DNA of 16,550 nucleotides from Methanocaldococcus jannaschii DSM 2661 (GTDB taxonomy: Archaea > AGJL01 > Methanococci > Methanococcales > Methanocaldococcaceae). The notes under the pieces are model-generated. The model was given only the letters and a program-made list of their open reading frames with translations, had not been told where the DNA came from and searched no databases. Position 1 is the stretch's first letter; each line of letters begins with the position of its first letter. Both the position numbers and the translations under genes were made by a program. Of the stretch, positions 1 through 8,734 are shown piece by piece. The stretch covers positions 1-16,550 of the forward strand of contig NC_001733.1 of the NCBI RefSeq assembly GCF_000091665.1, given 5' to 3'.

Positions 1-118
1 TATAAATAGTATAGTAACCCCTATAAACAATAAAAGGAATATATAAACAAAATTCATAAACAATCCCTTTTCAATGTTTGGTTTATTTATAGTAAAGATT
101 TAATATCCTCGTATTATT

Positions 119-310
119 CTACACCCCATTTTCAATAATCCTAACCCACTCATGAGATATTATTTTCTTAATTAATTTGTTTATTTCTTTATCACCTTTT
201 ATTGATTCATAAACTTCATTAATTGTTTTTAGATTTTCTTCCTCTAATTGTTTTAATTCCTCTTCCTCTTCTTCTGTTAAATCGCCTTCTAACAGCTTTT
301 TCCAATACAA
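119..310 (-). CDS. small acidic hypothetical protein or C-terminal fragment; the reported start is TTG and the frame is open upstream to about 424 without an ATG
   Basis: ORF track; reading the minus strand upstream of 310 gives in-frame ...KLYSGDEEHLLETISKHLKPINYDRWAE before a TAA at about 427-425. Confidence 0.35.
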   Translation of the reverse strand: MYWKKLLEGDLTEEEEEELKQLEEENLKTINEVYESIKGDKEINKLIKKIISHEWVRIIENGV

Positions 311-428
311 TTCAGCCCATCTATCATAATTTATTGGTTTTAAGTGCTTTGAAATTGTTTCTAATAGATGTTCTTCATCCCCACTGTATAATTTTGTTTG
401 GAGCGGAGCTTTTAAGGAACTTGGTTAA

Positions 429-1259
429 TTAAAGAAATCCCAGTTTATTAAGTATATCTTTTTCAAGAATCTCAAGGATTTCTAAGACATCTCGACCTTT
501 TGTAATTGGTCTGATAATCCAATATTCTGCATTTTTCTGTTTTAAGTCATCATGTTCTCCATAGTTTTCTAAGTCATCAAATGTGCAACCCCCTACAAAA
601 TAAACTTTTACGTTATTTTTAAAATAATCCAGAGCTTTATTTTTTTCCTGTTTAAAAGCATTTTCTAATCTTTTGTTATATTCCCATTTTTTTAAGTGAG
701 GATTATATCCATAATCTCCTGGATTGTGAAATATTATTCTAAAATAATAATCTTTATTATGTTCTTTCGACTTATAAGATGTAGTGTATGAACCCAATAT
801 ATCAAAATCTTTATTTAAAATGTCATTTAAGTCATATTTAGTGGCTATTGATGACCTAATCTCTATTGTAATTATCTCATCATTTGAAAGATGAATTTCT
901 ATGTCATTGTGGGATTCATAGTTAAAATTTTCATTGCTTACATTTGCACCTTTGATTTCAATGTAATCTTTTATTAACATTAATTTTTCAGTAATTAATT
1001 GTTTTACAACTTTTTCTGCAATAAGTCCGCAAAATGATGACAATAATTTTCTTTCTTCTGTTCTTATATCTCCACTTGGATTCTTTTCACAAACATCTTC
1101 TGCTAATTTTTTAGCTTCATCATGGATATTATTTAATTCATTATCATCTAATTCTACTTTTATTACTACAAAAATATTTTTTTGTGATATAGGGGTTATT
1201 TTGCTTCCATTATATTTATTTATAGGATGTCTATAGTATTTTTCAAATATAAATTTCAT
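429..1259 (-). CDS. hypothetical protein, probable partner of the adjacent restriction-modification enzyme
   Basis: 276-aa ORF; SD AAGGTGATTGT-ATG; starts about 9 nt after the methyltransferase stop. The segment HNDIEIHLSNDEIITIEIRSS is weakly reminiscent of a PD-(D/E)XK core. Confidence 0.7.
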   Translation of the reverse strand: MKFIFEKYYRHPINKYNGSKITPISQKNIFVVIKVELDDNELNNIHDEAKKLAEDVCEKNPSGDIRTEERKLLSSFCGLIAEKVVKQLITEKLMLIKDYIEIKGANVSNENFNYESHNDIEIHLSNDEIITIEIRSSIATKYDLNDILNKDFDILGSYTTSYKSKEHNKDYYFRIIFHNPGDYGYNPHLKKWEYNKRLENAFKQEKNKALDYFKNNVKVYFVGGCTFDDLENYGEHDDLKQKNAEYWIIRPITKGRDVLEILEILEKDILNKLGFL

Positions 1260-1268
1260 ACAATCACC

Positions 1269-4200
1269 TTAATTTTTATTCCGTATCTTACGCACCAATT
1301 CATTTGTATTTATGGTATTTAGTAATTTAATAATATTTTGGCAGTATTTTAAGCAGTCTATGGATTTTTCGTCATACTTTTTTATGATGCCATTAATTTC
1401 ATTGCAGATTTCGTTTAATTCCTCTTTTGGTATTAAGTCTTGGAAGTAAATCCCATAAACTAATGAATCTATTATATTTTCTAAAAATATTCTGTCATTT
1501 TCATTTAATTTATCGTTTAATTCGAACCTCAATTTACTTAACTGTGTTAAAGCGTTTATTATGTTTTTATTTTTGGGGATTACTATAGGTAACTCTCTTA
1601 ATTCTTCTAAGGTAGTCTGCCTAAAATCATCTTTTAATGCTATTGCCGACTTTCCAATGTATATATAAGATATTAACTCACTATTTAGTATTCCTAATAA
1701 ATAGAAGTAATTAATAGGAGTATCTGGCTTTAAAACAAACACATACAAATCCTTTTTTACAACTCCTTCAATATTTCCATAAGATGCCATAATTCTATCT
1801 TGTCTATTAACGATTCTCCGTATAAAGATTTTCTCGGGAGACATAAATAGATTAATAAGCTTTTCGTTGTTTTTATGTTTTGAGAAATCAACATAATTTT
1901 TTAATTTTAATTTAGTTTCATACCTATACACATTACCTTCTAAATATGGCAAATAATATTCGTTTTCTTTTTTATCTGAAAATTTATATTTTGAAGCTAA
2001 AATTCCTATTGTAGATTCTGTTAAATCTTCCAAGTAAGTTAGTGATTCTCTACAATTTTGTTTAATTTTATCTAATATTATGTAGATTTCGGGACTTTTT
2101 GGGAATATTCGACACTTTGGGTCATTTAATATTTTTGAATATTCTATGAAAAGGTCATTTTTAAACTCAAATGAGATTTTTTTAGTTTTTTTAGGGAATG
2201 CATATATCAAAACCAAATCTTCTGATTTTGGAGGTTTTTTATGCAGTATTATTATACAATTATCAACATACGCTCCTGAAAATACATCAAAAGGTAGATA
2301 GATTAATTTTTTCAGACACATTTTTGTAAATAACTCTTTTCTAAGATTTGAATATCTCACACCCGTTCCAAAACTTGATGGGATTATAAATCCTAAATAC
2401 CCCTCATTTTTCAATAATTTACTACTATGCACTATAAATGTTACAAAAATGTCAAATTCAGGAGTATCTCTACGTTTCATAATTTCTTTTTCAGTAGGAG
2501 ATAGCAAATTCCCATAAGGTGGATTTCCAATAATTACATCAAAACCTTCCTCTTTAATAATCCATCCGAAGTCAATCTTCCAATGGAAGGGTTTTAATTT
2601 TTCAAATTCCTCAACACGTGGTCTATTCTTTTTACTTTTTTTACCATTATTCTTTTTGTTATTTCCATTTTGGTAAATCTCAGCGAAATATGCTGGAGTT
2701 ACACTCTCATATATTGAATCTCTAATTTCATCTAATAATTCTTTTAACAGATTGGCTTTAAGTCCGTGGCTTGTTCTATATACTTCATAAAGGAGATGAT
2801 ACGCTTCCACATAATTGTCTAATACATATCCATCTCTTTTTTCAAGCAATTCTTTAGCTTTTTTCAGTTTTTTTCTCTCTTCAGAATTGTGAGCGTTGAT
2901 AATTAAACCTTCAAGAACACACATTATACGCACATTATCGCATAGGTAGGAGATGGAAAGCTGTTTTAAATTTTCATCAATCCATCCAACTAAACTGTTA
3001 CCACATCTTACATTATACTCAATATTTGGCAGTAAAACTTCTCCTCTTTTTAAAGCCTCAACGTCTAAATTCTCAATAAGAGCAAGCCACAACCTAAGTT
3101 TTGCTATTTCAACAGCAATATCATCAATATCAACACCATAAAGATTGTTTAGTATAATACCTAACTTTTCTTTGTAAATGTCCATCTCTTCTCTAAGTAA
3201 ATAATAAATCCTTTTCTTAATTTGGAGCAATTCCTTTAATGCAGATATTAAGAAATGACCACTTCCAACTGCGGGGTCTAAAATTCTTATTTTATCCAAT
3301 TCATCAAGAAAAGCTCTTAAAATATGTTTATTTTCAGCTATTTTACTATCTTCATTAAGAATTTCATCTAATGTTGAGAAATTAATGTCATTTATTTTCC
3401 AATTTTTAATAATCTCTTTAAACCTCTCTACAACAATCGGCTCTATTGTATTTTTGGCAATATAGCTTGTAATCTCATCTGGAGTATAATAAGCACCCAG
3501 TCCTTTCTGCCCTTTTTCTGCCAAAATATTAATTAACTTTTCATAAACATACCCAAGAATATCTGGATTTAATTCAACTTCTTCTGAACCTTCAGATGTA
3601 GATAGAGTGAATTTATACCTTTCTAAAAAATTAATAACCTCTCCAATAATTTCATTATCTTTTATAGTAAATGATAGTTCGTTAGGAACATTATTACTCC
3701 TGAATAATCCACCATTTAAGTAAGGGATGTCTTTATAGTAAGGATTAGTTCTAATATTTTCTTTTCTTTCATCTTCTGGAGTATTAAGCACTTCATAGAA
3801 TAATGGTTTAAGATAAGCATCATAATAATTTATTAAAACGTTAGATTTTTTGTAATCTTCATAAGTTCTTCTAAGCAAATCTCTTGGGACTATTCCCTTG
3901 TCCTCAAGGAATTTTATAAATATTAACCTGTTCATTAACAATACTGCAAATTTTTTCTTGTCCAATTCTGATGTATTGGGTGGAGCTTCAATACAATTGT
4001 ATAAGCATTTTTTAGTGCCTTTATCTTTTTCTGAACTACTTTTATCTTTTTTCTTAACATCCTTAACATCTTCAAATCCAAAAACAAGTTTTACGAACTC
4101 TTTATAGAATTCATTAGTAATTTCTTCTTTTTTATGTTTAATATTCTTTGTAGCAACTTCAATATATTCTTCAATATACTCCTTTGAAAAACAATAATAA

Positions 4201-4805
4201 AACTCAGAAAATACCTGTTTTAATTCATTTTCTAAATCTTTATCTTTTTTATTTTCAAGAACATACTCAAAAATAGATTTAAGATTCAATTCTTTGAGAG
4301 TTCTTATTTCTTTAATTGTATCATCATAGTGTAATAACACCCATTCTAAACCATTAGTGGCTATACCAGTATCTACGCCATAAGATTTGATAATTAACCA
4401 CTCCTTAACCTGGTGAATTCCAGAATCTTTTTTATTTAAATCACTACCTAAAGGTTCGGCTTCGATAAGAATTTCTTTGTTAAATACTGATACTCTATAA
4501 TCAGGAATTTTTCTATCTCCTAATGGTGATTTTTTAGATATTTCTGATGTGAATTCATAACCCAAGAATTCTAAAATTGGTTCTATAACCTTCTGCCTCG
4601 TAAATGGTTCTGGAAGTTGCCCTCCAAAATCATCAGATTTAAAATTGTATCTACCCTTTTTCAATAACTCTTTAAATTTGCCTTCTAATTCTGGAATTTG
4701 CTTAATAGACAAAATAATATTCCCAACAAGCTTAATAAAATCCTTCCACTTGTTATAAACTTCTTTTGGAATTTCTATATCAGAACACAATTTTGTTTGA
4801 GCCAT
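1269..4805 (-). CDS. type IIG-like restriction enzyme / N6-adenine DNA methyltransferase (Eco57I-like)
   Basis: SAM motif DPAVGSGHFLIS, catalytic NPPYGN, N-terminal endonuclease-like PDYRV...ILIEAEPLG, long C-terminal specificity-like region. Start moved to M4 (MAQTK) because AGGTGGTAGTT lies just upstream. Confidence 0.9.
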   Translation of the reverse strand: MAQTKLCSDIEIPKEVYNKWKDFIKLVGNIILSIKQIPELEGKFKELLKKGRYNFKSDDFGGQLPEPFTRQKVIEPILEFLGYEFTSEISKKSPLGDRKIPDYRVSVFNKEILIEAEPLGSDLNKKDSGIHQVKEWLIIKSYGVDTGIATNGLEWVLLHYDDTIKEIRTLKELNLKSIFEYVLENKKDKDLENELKQVFSEFYYCFSKEYIEEYIEVATKNIKHKKEEITNEFYKEFVKLVFGFEDVKDVKKKDKSSSEKDKGTKKCLYNCIEAPPNTSELDKKKFAVLLMNRLIFIKFLEDKGIVPRDLLRRTYEDYKKSNVLINYYDAYLKPLFYEVLNTPEDERKENIRTNPYYKDIPYLNGGLFRSNNVPNELSFTIKDNEIIGEVINFLERYKFTLSTSEGSEEVELNPDILGYVYEKLINILAEKGQKGLGAYYTPDEITSYIAKNTIEPIVVERFKEIIKNWKINDINFSTLDEILNEDSKIAENKHILRAFLDELDKIRILDPAVGSGHFLISALKELLQIKKRIYYLLREEMDIYKEKLGIILNNLYGVDIDDIAVEIAKLRLWLALIENLDVEALKRGEVLLPNIEYNVRCGNSLVGWIDENLKQLSISYLCDNVRIMCVLEGLIINAHNSEERKKLKKAKELLEKRDGYVLDNYVEAYHLLYEVYRTSHGLKANLLKELLDEIRDSIYESVTPAYFAEIYQNGNNKKNNGKKSKKNRPRVEEFEKLKPFHWKIDFGWIIKEEGFDVIIGNPPYGNLLSPTEKEIMKRRDTPEFDIFVTFIVHSSKLLKNEGYLGFIIPSSFGTGVRYSNLRKELFTKMCLKKLIYLPFDVFSGAYVDNCIIILHKKPPKSEDLVLIYAFPKKTKKISFEFKNDLFIEYSKILNDPKCRIFPKSPEIYIILDKIKQNCRESLTYLEDLTESTIGILASKYKFSDKKENEYYLPYLEGNVYRYETKLKLKNYVDFSKHKNNEKLINLFMSPEKIFIRRIVNRQDRIMASYGNIEGVVKKDLYVFVLKPDTPINYFYLLGILNSELISYIYIGKSAIALKDDFRQTTLEELRELPIVIPKNKNIINALTQLSKLRFELNDKLNENDRIFLENIIDSLVYGIYFQDLIPKEELNEICNEINGIIKKYDEKSIDCLKYCQNIIKLLNTINTNELVRKIRNKN

Positions 4806-4847
4806 AACTACCACCTAACATCTAAAAAATTTAAATTATTGATTAAT

Positions 4848-5295
4848 TTAAAGTTTCTTTAAAATTTGCTCATATTCGTCCTCTTTTACATATTTTCCAC
4901 AAACTGGAATAAATCTCTTTGGCTTAACAACTTTTGGATACTTTCTAATATTTTTTAAGATGATAACTATCCATGGTTTTTTCTTTTTCTTACCATATCC
5001 CCACTTTTTATTTGAATCTTCAATATATTTTTTAAATTCCTCTTCTGTTAAAAATAAATTATTTTTATATTTCTCAAGTATCTTCATAGGATTTTCAAAA
5101 AATTCTACTTCCTCAATCTCTGCCTCTCCATAAAATCCCTGCTCTTCCCTTGAAGCATAAAATATTATCTTCATTCCCTTTTCAAGTTTTGGTTAATGTT
5201 GCTGGTTTGACAAAAACATTTTTATGCTCATCCAAAATCCTACCAATTAATGACTTGGGAATTGGAAATGTAGCTCCTACAATTTTATCATCCAT
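4848..5295 (-). CDS. DUF365-like / PUA-ASCH-EVE-like small protein, interrupted by a +1 frameshift
   Basis: ORF track 4848..5174 begins at an internal Met (KIIFYASREEQGFYGEA...). Upstream, ATG at 5293-5295 with SD AGGTGAGG opens MDDKIVGATFPIPKSLIGRILDEHKNVFVKPATLTKT-stop. 448 nt = 149 codons + 1 nt. Confidence 0.65.
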
Positions 5296-5334
5296 AACCT
5301 CACCTCTATTATGTAGAATATTTTAATATAGTGT

Positions 5335-5863
5335 TTAAAATTTATTCTTCAACCTCACTATTTTAACCCTACCTTTCTTAACAATCTCAACTCTTCCCTC
5401 TTTTTTAAGTTCATTTAATGCAGTATAAAACTTTCTCGTATCAACTTCAAGTATTTCAATTAATTTCCGTAATGCAATAATCTTTTTCAGATTGTAAGAG
5501 TTCCAACAATCTATTTTTAACATCATCTACTGTATTAGAAGATTCTTTCAAATTATTTCCATGTGAAATGTTAATTATTAAACCATTAACCAAAGTAGAT
5601 AATGTATTTAGTTGATTAACAATGTCATTCAATTCTTTCTTGCTAACATAATCATTATTGTTAGAGTTAATAACATTATTAAACTCTAATTGAATTCTTT
5701 CAATTTCTTTCTTAATGAAATTTAGTTCGTTTTCAAAATTATCTAATTTTTTATTCAATTTTTCAAAATTTTCAAAGATTTCTTTTCTTTCACCCTCTAA
5801 CTCTTCAATTTTTTCAATATAGTTATCAATGCCTAACAGCTTAATAATAGCCTTTTTAAGCAT
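5335..5863 (-). CDS. coiled-coil protein with C-terminal winged helix-turn-helix, split by a +1 frameshift at about 5458
   Basis: ORF 5456..5863 (coiled coil ending LLQSEKDYCITEIN-stop) overlaps ORF 5335..5526 (IEILEVDTRKFYTALNELKKEGRVEIVKKGRVKIVRLK). Joined by +1 they give a continuous wHTH: DYCITEINEILEVDTRKFYTALNELKKEGRV. SD GGAG upstream. Confidence 0.65.
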
Positions 5864-5917
5864 AATAACAGCTCCAAGCAGTGATTAGGTTTCATTACCT
5901 TTCATTACTCATCATTA

Positions 5918-5926
5918 TTATAAATA
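5918..5926 (-). promoter_or_regulatory. possible TATA box for the coiled-coil/wHTH gene
   Basis: Minus strand TATTTATAA about 55 nt upstream of the start at 5863. Confidence 0.3.
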
Positions 5927-6103
5927 TAGTAAATAAAATTTACCTTATTTTTAATGTGTCCCTCAATTAATTTATTATACAAAATGACTGTCCATATTGA
6001 TAAAATCGGCAATATACGCTCTATAAGTGGTATGCACTTTGAAAATTCTTAACTTATCCTGAACTTTTAGGCAACCAATAATAAATAATATGCAATCTCC
6101 TTT

Positions 6104-6127
6104 TTAATTGATTAATTAATCAATTAA
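6104..6127. repeat. 24-bp perfect palindrome TTAATTGATTAATTAATCAATTAA
   Basis: Read directly; self-complementary; in the divergent intergenic region between genes at 5863(-) and 6383(+). Confidence 0.85.
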
Positions 6128-6158
6128 GCAATTAATTGAGTATCAATTGATTAATTGC
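6128..6158. repeat. inverted repeat GCAATTAAT...ATTAATTGC with nested AATTGA-gta-TCAATT type symmetry
   Basis: Read directly; abuts the 24-bp palindrome. Confidence 0.75.
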
Positions 6159-6322
6159 AAAACTTTTTATACTTCAATTGAGAAAAGAAAATGGTTGAAA
6201 ATAGTTAAAAACGAAAAGCTTATATTTTCTTAGAAATATACAACTAAAAAAGGTTATCTACTCTCAATTGGTTATTACACAAAAAGCCTACCCAATTTAC
6301 AAACTTGGAATTAACTCACCTG

Positions 6323-6332
6323 TTTATATAAA
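6323..6332 (+). promoter_or_regulatory. TATA box
   Basis: TTTATATAAA about 50 nt upstream of the ATG at 6383. Confidence 0.55.
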
Positions 6333-6382
6333 TGTTACTAAAAATTAGAAAAGTAGAAAGATAATGCCCTTATGGTGTTGTC

Positions 6383-6817
6383 ATGGAAAGTAAAGAATAT
6401 CGCAAATTAGAGTATAACTATAAAGCTTTTTTAATTTTTTCTAAAGTTGCCATGCTAACATTTCTAACCGTCGGTATTGGTGCTATATTTACGCCACAAA
6501 CATATCCAATAATGCCAACCATTGGTTTTATAGTTGTTGCTGGAATCGTATCCTTAATAGGTATGACTATCGGAGCATTAATTATTCACCAACAATATGA
6601 GACGTTACCAGCTAACGAAAAGTTAGAATTTAAACAAAAACTCCTACCAGAAGCATACTACATTTGTATAGAATTGTTTGGTTACGGTTCATTAGTATTA
6701 TTATACAACACATTTACATCAAACAATCCTACATTATGCGTTATGTCTCTATTAATGGCAGGATTGTTTATATTGGTAGTCTTAGTAATCTGGTATTTTG
6801 GCTACAAAAGTTATTAA
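6383..6817 (+). CDS. predicted four-helix integral membrane protein
   Basis: 144-aa ORF with four hydrophobic segments (AFLIFSKVAMLTFLTVGIGAIF, IGFIVVAGIVSLIGMTIGALII, ICIELFGYGSLVLLY, LCVMSLLMAGLFILVVLVIWYFG); GGTG upstream of ATG; own TATA. Confidence 0.75.
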   Translation: MESKEYRKLEYNYKAFLIFSKVAMLTFLTVGIGAIFTPQTYPIMPTIGFIVVAGIVSLIGMTIGALIIHQQYETLPANEKLEFKQKLLPEAYYICIELFGYGSLVLLYNTFTSNNPTLCVMSLLMAGLFILVVLVIWYFGYKSY

Positions 6818-6822
6818 GTATC

Positions 6823-6948
6823 TTATTCCTTAGATGCATCCTTAACTGGCTTTTTAAATAGCCAATAATTCAAAACTGCAAAGGCAATAATTAACAATCC
6901 ATACATCAACATGGCAGTAAAGAATATCCACAAATTAGCATCTTCCAT
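6823..6948 (-). CDS. 41-aa single-TM microprotein MEDANLWIFFTAMLMYGLLIIAFAVLNYWLFKKPVKDASKE
   Basis: Translated by hand (below the ORF-track size limit); SD GGTGG just upstream of ATG; TTTATAT at about 6994-7001 minus strand could be its TATA. Confidence 0.55.
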   Translation of the reverse strand: MEDANLWIFFTAMLMYGLLIIAFAVLNYWLFKKPVKDASKE

Positions 6949-7005
6949 AACCACCAGCCCCTATTTTTCTACTTATGATTATGGCAACTAATGAGATATA
7001 AACCT

Positions 7006-7428
7006 TTACTCCTCTAACGGAATTAAAGCAACAATATGCCCTTTTTGGATTATAATCCTCTCAACTTCCTTATCATCAACCTTAGCGTCCAAAACCATAA
7101 TATTAAACCTATCCTTTGCCTTGACAGTTCCCTCAACAATCATACCATTATCTAAGTAAATTTTACACTTTTTCTTATGAGCAAATAATAGCATATAATC
7201 CTTATAATCGTCATCCTTCTTCTTAGGTTGCTTTTTCATCGGTTTTCTTTGTGGTTTATTCTGCTTATTCAAATTCTCAACCTCCTTAGCTATTATATCA
7301 TAATGCTTACTTTTAATGTGCTTTTTAATTGCCTTTACATCTGCATTAGTGTAATTACAGTATGGACATTTATAGAAAAATCCCTCTTTCTGTATTTCCA
7401 ATTTTTCAATATAATCATCTATGTTCAT
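7006..7428 (-). CDS. C2H2 zinc finger fused to an Hfq/Sm-like domain
   Basis: N-terminus CPYCNYTNADVKAIKKHIKSKH (C-x2-C-x12-H-x4-H), basic linker, C-terminus HKKKCKIYLDNGMIVEGTVKAKDRFNIMVLD...IIIQKGHIVALIPLEE matches the Sm1/Sm2 pattern of Hfq-like proteins. 4-nt overlap with the primase ORF. Confidence 0.75.
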   Translation of the reverse strand: MNIDDYIEKLEIQKEGFFYKCPYCNYTNADVKAIKKHIKSKHYDIIAKEVENLNKQNKPQRKPMKKQPKKKDDDYKDYMLLFAHKKKCKIYLDNGMIVEGTVKAKDRFNIMVLDAKVDDKEVERIIIQKGHIVALIPLEE

Positions 7429-8723
7429 TTTTTCACCAAATAGTTATTTTTATCCAACTCATAATACTTTTTATAAATCTCTATTTGCGTTTTTGCCTCT
7501 GGTATGTTCTCTTTTAGCCACTTAATAGAGCATACTTTACCATTCCTATCATAGAGATACCTAACTTCATAATCTATATGTTTGATGTATTTGTTGCCAT
7601 ACTTGGAAGCCCAACGGTTCAATAACTTTATAGTTTTATCTCTTCCATAGCCTAACAGCTTACATAATGAAGTTAAATAATAACAGCCTCTCATTTTGCC
7701 ATCTTCCCAATTGGAATTGATTAACTCATTAAGGTAGCTCTCCAACTTTACCTTATTTAATACAACTTCCTTATCTCCTATGGTTGTTTTGATGTATTCC
7801 CTCTTACTATGCTCTACCTTAGGTTTTGCCTTCTTATTGGTGTTTATTTCCAAATCTATCTTAATATCGTTATTCACTTTCTTAGTTGCTTGATAATATC
7901 TTAAAGCATCATCCACAAAGTCCGTTAAATCCCCTCTTATCTCTCCAAAGTTTTCATAGTATTTTGTTAGCTTCCTTATGAAGTATGGCTTTACATTCTG
8001 CAAATATATCGGTTTAAACTTCTCCACTTTGTTAATTGGAAACGGTATGCTTATCGGTGTCTTTCCCTCAATGTCTGCATAGTATAAGCTAAATGGTGCT
8101 GTTACAGTCATGTTTTCCTTATAGATTGATAAGTCAATACCCGTATCTCCTTCCTTGCCAACAAAATCTAACAACTTCCTTAGCTTAAAGTTTAGAAAGT
8201 TTGTTAATATGGTGCTTCCTTCAACATAGCCCTTATTTAGTATCTCATTAGGCAAATATCTGGCATTAATCCAAATATGAAAGCCCTTACTCCCACTAAA
8301 CTTTATGTGGATGTCCTTAACTCCATAATCTTTAAAAATCTCTCTTACTTCCTTAGCTATCTCCTTAGATTTCTTAAAGTTGCCTTTAAAGTCAATATCT
8401 ATAACCCAATCCCAATAATTGTAGTCGATAGCTGGATACTCCAACTCATATCTTGGACTCTCAAAGTAGTATGGAGAGCAGTAAATACTCCTAAGGTTCT
8501 CTATAATCCAATCCTTAAAGTTGCCTCTATAATCCCATAAATCAATATGCCTTAAATATGGCTTCTCCCCCTTTGGGATGTTGTTATAGTTCCAATACTT
8601 TGGATGTCTCCAATTGATTTTTCTATCTCTATCCAAATCCAACCTATGGCAACTTAATAACCTATCTAAACAAAAATAATATAAATATCTGGAAGTTAGT
8701 TTATAGTAGGTAAGCCTATCCAT
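7425..8723 (-). CDS. archaeo-eukaryotic primase, small-subunit (PriS-like)
   Basis: Catalytic DxD in YWDWVIDIDFKG and SGSKGFHIWI motif. Start moved to M10 (MDRLTYYKL) because GGTGG precedes it; ORF-track start is 8750. Confidence 0.8.
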   Translation of the reverse strand: MDRLTYYKLTSRYLYYFCLDRLLSCHRLDLDRDRKINWRHPKYWNYNNIPKGEKPYLRHIDLWDYRGNFKDWIIENLRSIYCSPYYFESPRYELEYPAIDYNYWDWVIDIDFKGNFKKSKEIAKEVREIFKDYGVKDIHIKFSGSKGFHIWINARYLPNEILNKGYVEGSTILTNFLNFKLRKLLDFVGKEGDTGIDLSIYKENMTVTAPFSLYYADIEGKTPISIPFPINKVEKFKPIYLQNVKPYFIRKLTKYYENFGEIRGDLTDFVDDALRYYQATKKVNNDIKIDLEINTNKKAKPKVEHSKREYIKTTIGDKEVVLNKVKLESYLNELINSNWEDGKMRGCYYLTSLCKLLGYGRDKTIKLLNRWASKYGNKYIKHIDYEVRYLYDRNGKVCSIKWLKENIPEAKTQIEIYKKYYELDKNNYLVKK

Positions 8724-8734
8724 AGCTACCACCA

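Noticed and set aside
223-432. 69-aa plus-strand ORF
   Set aside because: Antisense to the open minus-strand frame after the R-M operon; low-complexity LPLLLLNRLL composition typical of a shadow ORF.
425-432. A third +1 recoding event joining ORF 429..1259 to the frame read by 119..310
   Set aside because: A +1 slip at the CTT-TAA stop immediately meets AAT TAA, so the same model does not work here.
2953-4107. Plus-strand ORFs 2953..3141 and 3898..4107
   Set aside because: Fully antisense to the well-supported methyltransferase gene; no SD or family pattern.
6664-6861. 65-aa plus-strand ORF
   Set aside because: Alternate frame within the 4-TM gene; less coherent composition and no SD.
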